A stretch of 64,000 nucleotides of DNA, from NCBI RefSeq assembly GCF_009914755.1, contig NC_060943.1. The stretch is one strand, 5' to 3'. Source of the stretch: the human T2T-CHM13v2.0 reference genome, Homo sapiens. Position 1 is the stretch's first letter, and each line of letters begins with the position of its first letter. The notes below the pieces were generated by a model. That model was not told the origin of the DNA. It made no database searches and was given only the letters and a program-made list of their open reading frames with translations. A program made the position numbers and the translations under genes. Shown here piece by piece: positions 51,743-64,000 of the stretch.

Positions 51743-52127
51743 CTCTCACTCTGCTTTATGCCCCTCAAATGAATTCTTTCCTTCAAGGAGGCAAGAATCA
51801 AGTTGCTACAGACCTGTATGGATTTGCTGCTGCTCACAGTATGAGTATGCCTGGATAATTCAGGTCTAACTCAGGGCTAACTACAGCATCTCATATTGGG
51901 AACCTTGCTCTCTAAAGGCCTCTAAGCTCACAAATATTGTGAAATTGTAGGGAAACTCCAAGATCCCCTAAATAACGGTGAAGCAGAGTGGCAATAGAGG
52001 ATTAGGACCTAAAAGTTTCACATGAGCTGCAAAAGACACAAACAGTCTACATGAAAAAAAACCATGTGCTTTAAGAACTACCTAAGATTCCTGGGCCCAA
52101 TATAGTGGACCAGGCAGTTATGATTTA

Positions 52128-52626
52128 TGTTCTCTTTGCCTTAGCCAGAGACCCAACAGGAAATAGAAAGATACTCAAATTGAATCGCTCAAGGAGAGTT
52201 TAATAAAGGGATTACTTACAAACATGTGGGCAGGGTATGGAGAAACACAAAGCATGGGCAGTACCCCGGGGCCAGAAAAAGCAGGGGTCCTTTGCCGTGA
52301 CTGGCTTGGAAAGGTGAGGCTCCTGCCATCTCAAGCCAGAAGGCTGTGTCAAGAGGCCACCATGAAAAAGCTGTGGCCCTTAGTAAGGGACTCAGCCAGC
52401 CTGAGACAACCTCACAGGGAGGTTGTTGAAGGCATAAATGCCCTGGCCTCACTTTTTCCTCTTTCTGACCTTCTGCTGGGACTCCCCATTGGCTGAATCC
52501 AACCAGAAGGCAAAGGGAAGGAAGCTGGTTAATGTGTCTATATGGTCAGCCTCTTCAAACAAAGATAACGGTGGGAAAGGATGAAGATGAGATGGGAGGA
52601 CTGGCAAATGGAAGACACCTGGCATA
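52128..52626 (-). mobile_element. Old MLT1 (K/L-like) LTR
   Basis: 'actccccattggctgaatccaaccagaagg...gcaaatggaaga'. Confidence 0.6.
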
Positions 52627-54381
52627 CCCTTCCTCCTGACACCCAGGGGAAGTGATGGTAAAAGAACAGAAAAGATTCACTCTCACACTATGAGAACAGG
52701 AGAGGGATCACTGGTGGGTCACTGAGTTTCCCCAAAGATTTAGTTGAAAGGTATAGACAGATGTGAATTAGCTGGAGAGGGAAGGCAGAGAAAGCCACAG
52801 CTTGAACACAGGTCGGGGGGGTCTGTGTCTGAGAGTAGGAAACTGCCCATGAGAAGTTCTAGTTTCAGAAGTGTCAAGCTTGACAACCAAAAAGTGAGCA
52901 GTGGGGCTGGCAATAGGGGAAATAATTAAAGGGTCTGTATTCTGAATAATCAACCCTGCCGTATGCCTCCTCAATTCCAAATGCTAAAAAGGCCAGCAGC
53001 CAGGTAATAATTCTGCCCTTGGCAGATGGGCATAACATCAATCTTCAAGGTAACAGGAGCTCTCAACAAAGGGGGGCAAGCTGAATGTAGAAGGCCCAAC
53101 CTGAATTCACCATTGTAAAATTTCAGAATACCAAGAAAAGACTTCTGAAAGAAGAAGTCAGCTATGCAAAATAAAAGAATCAGAGTCAGGTTACTTTTCC
53201 TGTGAGCAATACTAGATGCTAGAGGACAATGCGGTGTGACTTTCAGATTTCTGAAGGAATTTATTTTATACCCAGAATTCTATACCCAGCCAAATTATCC
53301 ACCAAGTTCAAGGTAAAAATAAAGGTAGTTTTCAGACATGCCAATACTCGGAAAGTTTCTCTCCCACATACCTCTTCTGGGGAAGTTACTTAAGGATTTA
53401 GTCTTGCCTCAGAAAGGTCTAGCTGACATGGAAGAAGACAAGGAACTTGGAGAGCAGGAAGGAATCCAAATGTCAGTTGTATGGCAGCCAGAGGAGCCAC
53501 CATCCCTGCCTGGAGCATCAAAACAACAGGCTTCAGATGGGAGATGTCCAAGGGAAAAAGTGAGTGAATTCCATGGGAGCCTATGACTAGGCTTTGTAAC
53601 GGTCGAGAATGTGAAAAATGCATAGAATGCAAGGCAAGAAAAAAAAAAAGACAGCTAGAGTCTCTAGGAAAACCTAACAGATGCGTAATAAAGTCATAAC
53701 AAAATATTATGAAATCAGGACAGATTTGAGCAGAAGTCAGTGGAGTTAGAATACAATAAATTATATGGAATTTATTGGTAATAGGAAAAAAACCTGGAAG
53801 TTATTAGTGATACAATGAAAAAAACACGTTTCTTCCCTCATCAAGAGCAAAGAAGGGTGACCAGCAAAGGGGATGGGGGAAATTATACAAGAAAGGTGTC
53901 ATCTAAACATAATGTAGAAAATATGTCATGAATGTGAGCAATTAATCAGGTGTAAGAACAAATTCTTTTGGACATTCTTCTGTGAGTAGCACAGAAGTGG
54001 GAATATTAAGATAGCTGGGAAGAATGTAGTCATCGATTCTTCTTGGCTCTGGAGCAAACAATACTGTTTATAACATACATGTACTTCAGTGGCCCACCTG
54101 TGATCCCTCTCCTGTTATCGAAGTGTGAGAGTGAATCTTTTCTATTCTTTTACCATCATTTCCCTGGGATGTCAGGAGGAAGGGTATGCCACATATCTTC
54201 CATTTGCTGCTCCTCCCATCTTCTCTTCATCCCTTCCCACCATTATCCTTGTTCCAGGAGGCTGACCGTATAGACAGACATATTAACCAGCTTCCTTGCT
54301 GTGTGCCTTCTGGTTGGATTCAGCCAATGGGGAGCCCCGGCAGATGATTAGAGAGAGAAAAGAGTGAGGCCAGGGCATTTA
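52435..54381. repeat. Inverted repeat: arms 52435-52726 and 54086-54381, spacer ~1.36 kb
   Basis: The arms align as reverse complements along their whole length (roughly 80% by eye). Confidence 0.92.
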
Positions 54382-54825
54382 CTTGCTGCCTGGGACTCTC
54401 CCCAGATATTCTCATGGCTTATTCCCTTACCTCCTTCAGGGTTTTCCTCAAATATCACCTTTTAGAGAGAGCTTTTCTGACTATTCTATCTAAATTGTGA
54501 CACACACACATATTCCCTATACACCTTATAGCTTAATGTTTTTCTAAGCACAGCCAGCATACTACATATTTTGCTTCTTCATCTTGTTTTTTATCTCCCA
54601 CATTAGAAAGTAGGTTCCATGAGGACAGAGATTTTCTACTCTTATGTTTATTGTGGTTTCTCCACCACCAGGGGCAGGGACTTGCTCAGGGTAGGAACTG
54701 AATAAATATTTGTTGAATTAATAAATGTTGAATAAAGTTGTAGGCAAGTCACTTAAGGAATATTTGGGTTTGTGTGACAGAAAGTAAACGTCATTACACT
54801 TGGCAATGTAAAGGTAAAAGCATAG

Positions 54826-55242
<417 letters not shown>

Positions 55243-58200
55243 CTATTGATAAAATAAAAAGTAAAGGTTTAATAAGGTTACTTAACCTTATTAATAACCT
55301 TATAAAGGTAGCAATTAAAATATTCAAACATAATAATGTAATCATATTGGTATGAGTGAGCCAGAGAAGGTGAAAGACATAGATTGAGTTAAATTTCATC
55401 CAAATTTCAATTCAACATAGCAAAAAGCTACTATAGTTTTTAAGTTGAGACATCCAGAAGTATAAGCATAAGAGTAGTATTTAGAGTATGGCAATGAACT
55501 TAACAACCTTATACTAGAAATAGTTAAACACAGTGGCTGTGATATGGTGGTTTCAATAATGAAAGACTACATTTTATCAAACTAATACTTCTATAGATAA
55601 TAATTATAGACTCTGGACAAAATGTAAAGAAACTATCTGAAGGCATTAGAAAGTGACCCAAAGCACACATACAAATGGCAACTGCAATAGGTAAGATCAA
55701 TGTCCTTAAATTTTCCCTGAAGGCACTCTCTAGTCTGCAAGAGGTAGAGAAGCTAAAAATGAAACAGAAAGCCTGAACAGCAAGAGAGGCTGAAAATTGA
55801 GGGGGAGAAAACCCAGGGGAAAAAAAAAGAATCCAAATAAAGAGTCCTTAAATTTGCATATAAACTCCTCTCAAATCCTTAGCTGAACTGTGCACATTCA
55901 GGGAAACTCTAGGAAGCCTTCTGAAAGGCAACAGCTGGGAGACTGAAAAGCTTGAGCAGAGATTTCAACTGTCACCCACTACAGGAGAGACAGTTTGGAT
56001 TTGGAATCCTACCAAGTTAGAGGGACTTAGCAAACACTCAGGCTTTCCATCAAAACCACAGAAGGGCTGTGATTTAGAAGGTAGAATATGCCCCAAGACT
56101 GAGGGGTTACCCTGAGACTAAGAGGAAAACTGAAACACACTTACCTAACGAAGTCTGAAATGAAGAATCCTCAAGTTCATGGTGACAGGCCACTAATTAG
56201 ACTGCTTGATAGAACAAAAAGAAACAAACTTCAGAGACGTATAAAAGAATCTAGAGTTTCTACAGTGTGTCATGCAAAATATCCAGTATACAATTAAAAA
56301 AAAAAGACATACAAAAACAGGAAAATGTGGTCAATAGTCAGAAAAACCTTACTCAATAAAAGTAGATAATCTTGTTAAAATTGGTAGACAAAGATGTTAA
56401 AGCGAAGATGTTAAATATTCAAAGAATTAAAGGAAATTTCAGCAGAGAAATGCAAACTACAGAAATTTTAGAACTGAAAAGTAAAGTATCTGAAATAAAA
56501 AATGTACTGGATAATTTTAACAATAAATTAGATACTGCAGAAGTGAGAGTAAGTATAGTTTAAGATGGATCAACAGAAATTACCCAGTATGAAAAACAGA
56601 AATAAAAAGTTGAAAGAAGAAAAAACACTAAAGTCTCAACGAATTCTGAGAGAATATCAAGTGGTCTGACAACATGTGCAATTCAAGTCCAAGAAGGAAA
56701 GGGCAAGGAGCAAAGAAAATTTGAAAAAATAATGCCCCAAATCTCTCAAATTTGGTAAAACAAAAAACAAACACACAAGCAAAGCTTATACATTCAAGAA
56801 GCTCAGTATGTACCAAAAAGAGCAGATACAAAGAAAATCACACTTAGTCACATCATAACCAAACCACCCAAGCTAAATATAAAAAGAAAATGTTGAAAGC
56901 AGCCAGAGAGGGAAAAAAGACACATTACACACAGGGTACAAAGATAAGAATAATCACTGGTGCCTCATAAGAAATAATGAAGTCCAATTGACAATGGAAT
57001 GACATCTCCAAAGTGTTGAAGAAAAATGTCAACACTGAGTTCTATATTCAGTGCAACAGAGATGGAATAAAGTCATCTGAAAATATCTTTATTCCATCCC
57101 CAAAATGAGATTGAGTAAAGATATTTTCAGATAAACACAAGCTAAAAGAATTTGTCACCACTAGACTTGTACTACAAGAAATGCTAAAGGAAGTTCTTCA
57201 GGCTAAAGGAAAATGATACCAGATGGGAACTTGAATCTACAGGAATAAAGAGCGCTAAAAATGGTAAACAACTAGGTAAACATACCCAGGCTTTTTTCCT
57301 CCCATAACTTGCTTTTAAAAATGATTATTTAAAGCCAAATAATAGCACTATAAGGTGGGGCTTACATAGTACGTGGAAATAAAGGACATGACAAGAGCAT
57401 AAAAGATGGCATAAGAGACTAGATAAATAAAATGAATCTATTGTAATGTTACTGTATTTGTGAAGTGTGAGATATGAACTCTAAAGTGGGAACGGTAAGG
57501 TATGAAATGAGAGGTGGTAGCTGTGAAATTTTCAGTGAGAAATGATACAATATAAATCTAAATAGGCTTTGACAAGAATGCACGTTGCTAGTTTTAGAGT
57601 AACTATTAAAAAATAAAAACAGCTTTAAAAACTGTAGCTAAAAAAACAGTAAAGGAAATAAAATTCAATTCAGAAAACATTCAATTAATCTAAAAGAAGG
57701 AAGACTAAAATGATCAAAGACAGAGGAAGAAAACAAAACAAATAACAAGATGCTAGACTTACACTCAACTACCCCAGTAATTGCATTAAATGTAAATGAT
57801 ATATTTATTTCAATTAAAAGGCAAAGAATGTCAGATTGTATACAAAAGCAGTATCCAATTAAAGCTACCTATATAAGATGAACTTTAAATATAAAAATAA
57901 AGTGTGGTTAAAAGTGTGGAAAAATACATTCCATGTACACAGTAAACATTAAAAGGCTGCCATGCCTATTTTAACATCAAAAAAGTAGACTTCAAGACAA
58001 TAAGCATTACTAGAGACAAAGTGGCATATTTCATAATGATAAAAGAGTAATTCATTAAGATAGTATAATTGTACTAATTGTGTGTGTACCTAATAACAGA
58101 ACTTCAAAACAGATGAAGTAAAACCTATCAGAAGTAAAGGGGAAATCAATGTATCGAAGAGATATTTGCACTCCCATGGTTGTTGCAGCACTGTTCACAA

Positions 58201-58375
58201 TAGCCAAGATTTGGAATATTTTAAGTGTTCATCAACAGAAGAATAGATAAAGAAAATGTGGATATATACGATGGAGTACTATTCAGTCATAAAAAAGAGT
58301 GAGATCCTGTCATTTGCAACGACATGAATGATACTAGAGATCATTATGTTAAGTGAAATAAGCCAGGCACAGAAA

Positions 58376-58941
58376 TGTTATATTGGGTAGCTAGTCTGGT
58401 ATTAGCAGGGAAGGAGGGGCCTCCCCACAAAACACACACACACCAGCAGTGTCAAGCAACTATCGGGTGATGGTCAGGTGGTTGTTAACTGGTCTCTCTA
58501 AAGTAATAATTGGTCACAGACAGTGCCAGGGACAGGCAGTCTCCTAATAGATTAAAAAAAAAAAACACCTGAAAGATGATCAGCAGCTTCCCGATAAGAT
58601 CTCAGGAGTTGGGCGAGTGGGGAGAAGTAACATAAGACTCTAGAGGAATGCCAATGTATAAAGTCAAAAGGTTGAGCTGCACACTTGCCTTTCAAGTTGC
58701 CCACTGGCCTTCTTCCAAGTAGCCAAGTACTTCTCTTCCTTTCATTCCTGTTTGAAAGCTTTTAATAAACTTTCACTCCTGCTCCAAAATTTGCCTTGGT
58801 CTCTCCTTCTGCCTTATGCTCCTCAAATTCTTTCTTCTGAGGAGGCAAGAACTGAGGTTGCTGCAGAACCTCACGGATATGGATTCACCACCGGTAACAT
58901 ATTTTGGTGCTGTGTGATTCAGATACCTTCCACCAGTAACA
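58376..58941 (+). mobile_element. MER50-like ERV1 solo LTR
   Basis: TG..CA ends, 'aataaactttcactcctgct', 'gaggaggcaagaactgaggttgctgcaga'; interrupts L1 'cacagaaa|agacaaac'. Confidence 0.75.
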
Positions 58942-59251
58942 TAAAGACAAACATCACATATTTTCATTTATTTGTGGGAGCTAAAAATCAAAACAATTGA
59001 ACTCATGGACACAATGTAAAAGGTTGGTTACCAGAGGCTGGGAACGTAGTGGGGCAGAGTGGGAAGGAAGTGGGGATGGTTAGTAGGTATAAAAAAAGAA
59101 ATAGAAAGAAGGAATAAGACCTATGATTTGTTAGCACAACAGGATGACTATAGTCAATAATAACTTGTTTGTACATTTTAAAATAACCAAAAGAGTGTAA
59201 CTGGATTGTTTGTAACACAAAAAATAAATGCTGAGAAGATGGATACCTCAT

Positions 59252-59608
59252 TGTATGAGTCCATTTTTACACAGCTGATAAAGACATACCCAAGACTGGG
59301 TAATTTGTAAAGAAAAAGAGATTTGATGGACTAAGAGTTCCATGTGGCTGGGGAGGCCTCACAGTCATGGTGGAAGGTGAAAGGCACATCTTACATGGCT
59401 GCAGGCAAGAGAGAATGAGAGCCAAGCAAAAGGGGTTTCCCCTTATGAAACCATCAGATCTCGTGAGACTTATTCACTACCCCTCCCCATGAGGAAACCG
59501 CCCCCATGATTCAATTATCTCCCACCGGGTGCCTCCCACAACACATGGGAATTATGGGAGCTACAATTCAAGATGAGATTTGGGTGGGGACACAGCCAAA
59601 CCATATCA
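59252..59608 (-). mobile_element. THE1 solo LTR
   Basis: Perfect TSD CTCAT; ends '...cagccaaaccatatca'. Confidence 0.93.
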
Positions 59609-61255
59609 CTCATTCTCCGTGATATGATTATTACGTAGTGCTTGCCTGTATCAAAACATCTCATGTACCCCATAAATATACACACCTACCATAAACCCAC
59701 AAAAATTGAAAACTAAAAAAAATCTTGAGAAAAGAAGTAAAGGGTCAAGTCAACAGCCTCTCACAATCACAGTTGGCTATATTAACACCCTTCTCTCAGT
59801 AACTGATAGAACACATAAACTGAAAATCTAAAGAACACTATCAAATAATTTTATCTAATTAACATTTACTGACCACCATTCTTACCAAATTCAGAATGTA
59901 CACTGTTTTCAAATTCATGTGCAACATTCACCAAGATAGGACCATATGCTGGGCCTTAAAATAAGTCTCAATGAATGTCAAAAGAGAGGATGGTCTTACC
60001 ACACAATATACAATTACGTCTTACAATTACGTCAATAATTGTAAGATATCTAGGAAATCTCCAAATGTTTAAACAGGGTACTTCCAAACAAACTACAGCT
60101 CAAAGAATAAACACAATGGAAATTATAAAGTATTTAAAAGTGAGTGATAATTCAAACAACACACAAAGTTAGAAAACATAGTTAAAGCTGTGCTTAGAGA
60201 GCAATTTACAATGTAAATGTCTATGTTAGGAAAGAACGAATTAAAATCAACATTTAAAGTTAATATTTTAAGAAGCCAGTTAAAGAAAAACAAATACAAA
60301 ACAGACAAAAAGAAAAAAATAACAAATCCAAAATGTAGTTCCCTGAAGTGATTAATAAATTGATAAAAATAAGTAGGACTAATCAAGAAAAAAAGAGAGA
60401 AGACACAAATTACCAACATCAGAAATGAAAGAGAAAGGTCAGGTATGGTGGCACATGCCTGTAATCCCAGCACTTCCGGAGGCTGAGGTAGGAGGATTGC
60501 TTGAGCCCAGGAGTTTAAGACCAGCCTGGGCAATATAGTGAGACATCATTTCTTATTAAAAAAAAAAAAAAAGTTAAATTAGCTTGTCATGGTGGCCCAT
60601 GCCTGTAGTCCCAGCTACTTCGGAGGCTGAGATGGGAAGATGGCTCCAGCCCAATTAAGTAAAAGGACAATTAAGTAGTGGTTAAATTTCTTGAAAAACA
60701 CAATTTACCAAAGGACATTTAAGAAGAAATGGAAAATCTGAATTGACTTCTATCTATAAAGGAAATTGAGCTCATAATCAAAAATCTTCCCACAAAACAA
60801 CTCCAGGCCCATGTTATTTCACTGGTAAATTTTATCAATAACTTTAAAGGAAAAAATAATACCAATTTTATAGAAACCTTTTCAGAAAATGGAGAAGGAA
60901 AGAATGCTTTCAAACTCACTTTATGAGGCCAGCATAACTTTTATATATTTGTAGCCCTGGTAAGTATAAGTTCATTTTTCAATAAAGATGCAAATGTTAT
61001 TCAATGAAGTAAAGAATAATCTTTTCAATAAATGATAAGAAACAACTGGATTTCTATATCTACATGTCTTTTTATATATAAATATGGTTATGGATTTTTT
61101 TTTTTTTTAAGACAGACTCTTGCTCTGTGGCTCAGGCTAGAGTACAGTGGCTCAATTTCGGCTCACTGCAACCTCCACCTCCCGGGTTCAAGCAATTCTC
61201 CCTGCCTCAGCTTCCGGAGTAGCTGGGACTACAGGCGCCCGCCACGCCTGGCTAA

Positions 61256-61402
<147 letters not shown>

Positions 61403-61622
61403 TAAAGAGAACCTCACTTAGTTCCTCACACATATGCAAAAATTAATTTGAAATGTATCATAGACCTAAACTTATAAGATAAATCACATAACATATAAAA
61501 ATTTTTCATAATCTTGAAGTAGGCAAAGATTTCTTAGAACACAAAAAACACTAACTGTAAGAGAAAAAAAATTGGAAGTTGAACTTCATCAAAATTTTAA
61601 ACCTCGGCTAAGCAAAAGATTG

Positions 61623-62674
61623 CCAACAAGACAAAGATGCCTACTTTTATAACTTCTCTTCAATGTTGTACTGGAGGTTCTGGCCAGGGAAGTTAGGCAA
61701 GCAAAAGAAACACAAGACACCCAGACTCGAAAGTCTGAAATAGAACTATCTTTATTTTCAGACAACATAATCTCATATACAGAAAATCCTTTAAAAAATC
61801 TATTTTTAAAAAATGACTAATAAATGAATTCAGCAAGGCGGCAGGATAAATCAACATAGAGAAATCAATTGTATGTCTATACGTTAACAATGGCAATCTA
61901 AAATGAAATTAAGAAAGCAGTTCCATTCACAATATGGAATCAAAAAGAATAAAATATTTAGGGACAAATTTAACAAAAGAAGTGCAAAGCTTACACTCTG
62001 AAAACTACAAAACTTTGTTGAAAGAAATTAAGAAGATCTAAATAAATGGAGAGAGACATTACATTTTCAAAGGCTGGAAGACTTGGTATTATTAGGATGA
62101 CAATTCTCCACAAATTGATCTAAGACTCAATGCAATCCTTATTAAAACCTCAGTTGGATATTTTTGTAGAAATTGACAAACTGATCTAAAGTTCATATAG
62201 AAATGCAAAATCCACAGAATAGCAAAAACAATCTGGAAATGAAAAACAAAGTTGGAGGACTTATTCACCCTGATTTCAAAGCTTAATACAAAACTCCTAT
62301 ACTCAAGACAGTGTGGTGCTGACATAAGGAGAGACATTTAGATCAATGGAAGAGAATTCAGAGTCCAGAAATAACCCTTTACAGTCATTATCAATTGCTT
62401 TTCAACAAGGGTACCCAAACAATCCAATGGGGGAAAGAATAATCTTTTCAACGAATGTTGCTGGGACAATTGTACAGCCACATGTAAAAGTATGTGTGGA
62501 CCCTTCCCTCACACCATACACAAAATTAAACTTGAAATGGATCATGGACTATAATGTAAGAGCTAAAACTGTGAAACTCTTAGAAGAAAGCATGAGTAAA
62601 TCAGTGATCTTAGGTTTCTTGAAGAATGATATCAAAAACACGAGATAAAATAAAAAATTGATCAATTGGACTTT
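61623..62674 (+). mobile_element. Second L1M ORF2 (RT region onward) fragment; an L1 3'UTR end follows at ~62828-62992
   Basis: 'aacaagacaaagatgcc...ttcaatgttgtactggaggttctggccaggg' is the degenerate [21 protein letters not shown] RT motif; 3' end 'gtaaattttacctcaataaaaa'. Confidence 0.82.
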
Positions 62675-63873
62675 ATTACTCCCTCTAGTGGATCCAAAAT
62701 ATAACCATATTTATAACTATTTCATCTTTTAAAAACAATAGTAAAAGATATTTCCATAACAATTCTTCTACTCAGTGGTCATTTTCATGGTCATTATGGT
62801 GAATTACTTTTGCTTTCCTGTATAGCATGGCCAAGGGGCGTGAAGGTATTTTCAGGGGTGATAGAAATGATGTGTGTCTTGAACGTGGCGGTAGTTACAC
62901 CACTGCACCAATTTTTATCAAAACCACTTGGCTTGAAGACTTAAAGTCTGTGTACGTATTTCACCATATGTAAATTTTACCTCAATAAAAATTTCATTTT
63001 ACAAAGTGATCGCTCTGAGGAGCAGAAGACGAGCTTTTCACTGCAAGCCTTTCAGTACTTCTTAAAATTTTTAAAAGCGTGTGTATAAATTACTTTAAGC
63101 TCTTTAAGTTTTGAAAAATAAAACATGTTCCAATTTGAAGCTTCTTATTATCCTTGCTTCATAGAAAACAGAAGATGAGAAGAACTCTCTTGTTTGAGAG
63201 GGTATCATTTAGCATCAATAACAAGGTTTTCCTCTCTTCCTTCCCTGGCGTTCCCCCAGAGTCACAGCACCAGTCCAGGGAGACCACGGGGAGGTCCGGG
63301 AGCAGGTTCTGAGTCAGAAGAAGGCTTGCTTTTAAAAGCTGTGATGGAAACGAAGTTGTAATCATTTATTCCCTGTCGTGGAGCTACTGTACCAAACACA
63401 GAATCTCTAGGAAATGAAAGTCAGAATCTCAAAAGCTTCAGTTTTTGAATGCTAAAGCTTATTTGCATATCAATATTGCCTCAGGACAATACGCAGAATT
63501 AGAAAATTAAGGAACTACATTAGAAGAGAGAGAAAGAAATAGGACAAATGCGTGGAAGTATAGAGCTCCCCTCTGTCATCTAGTAAAAGTCATAAATAAA
63601 AAGCCACACTCAACTCCATGGCTGGTGAATTTTGATAATACTGTTACCAAAATTTTATTTACAAACTCAGTAACAAACAAATTTTTTTCATTAAAAAATA
63701 CACATCTGTACAGCATTACTCCCTCTAGTGGATCTAAAAAAATAACCATATTGATAAGAATTTCATCCATCTTTTGGGGAACAATAGTAAAAGAAATTTT
63801 CATAATAATCATCATGCTGATCAGTGTTTATTTTAATGGTTAATCTGAATTAATTTTTCTTTTCTGTGTAGTA
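62675..63873. repeat. Diverged ~150-bp direct repeat (62675-62827 and 63715-63873), each copy starting with a CTCF-like motif
   Basis: Identical 20-mer ATTACTCCCTCTAGTGGATC, then colinear similarity (taaccatatt, aacaatagtaaaaga, cagtg, tgaatta). Confidence 0.88.
63262..63406 (-). other. Candidate exon (possible terminal coding segment or lncRNA exon)
   Basis: Minus-strand acceptor ctgactttcatttcctag|; one frame stays open 47 codons (DSVFGTVAPRQG...PGLVL*); GC/CpG-richer than its flanks. Confidence 0.3.
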
Positions 63874-64000
63874 TACTTTTTCTTTCCATACACTCTCCTG
63901 TAAAAAAAGGTACTTAACATTTACCAGAATAATTAATTACTCATAAATTAGAAAATGACAGACATTTCAAACATTACTTACAAGGATAAAAATTCAAAAA

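Larger units (their letters stand above)
58149..59732 (+). mobile_element. L1MA-type 3' end nested in the older L1
   Basis: 'gatatttgcactcccatg...gagatcctgtcatttgcaac'; TSD AGAAGTAAAGGG at ~58130 and ~59733. Confidence 0.85.

Noticed and set aside
63576-63843. Opposing 79-aa and 72-aa hydrophobic ORFs
   Set aside because: Composition reflects AT-rich DNA, and the paralogous copy at 62.7 kb has indels and yields no equivalent ORF.

Overview
This is primate (human-like) nuclear DNA, intergenic or intronic; the locus was not identified. There is no supportable intact protein-coding gene, rRNA, tRNA or CRISPR array. Nearly all track ORFs are Alu, L1 or LTR translations or chance ORFs. The left ~29.5 kb is GC-richer and dense in Alu, MaLR LTRs, MIR and L2, with several repeat-free, motif-dense islands that look like enhancers (~0.3-0.7, 15.0-15.65, 22.9-23.3, 27.6-28.0 kb). 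The right ~34 kb is AT-rich and dominated by ancient nested L1 fragments, solo LTRs (MER41, MER21, MER50-like, THE1, MLT1) and mostly plus-strand Alus. The most unusual structures are: (i) an old ~290-bp inverted duplication at 52.4/54.1 kb; (ii) an old ~150-bp direct copy pasted into an L1 deletion junction, duplicating a CTCF-like motif (62.7/63.7 kb); (iii) minus-strand exon-like segments at 38.6 and 63.3 kb that agree with the retroelement strand bias; (iv) a hairpin rewrite of a THE1 poly(A)-signal region. No novel multi-gene system can be supported. Repeat subfamily names come from recalled consensus similarity, and boundaries are approximate unless TSDs are given.
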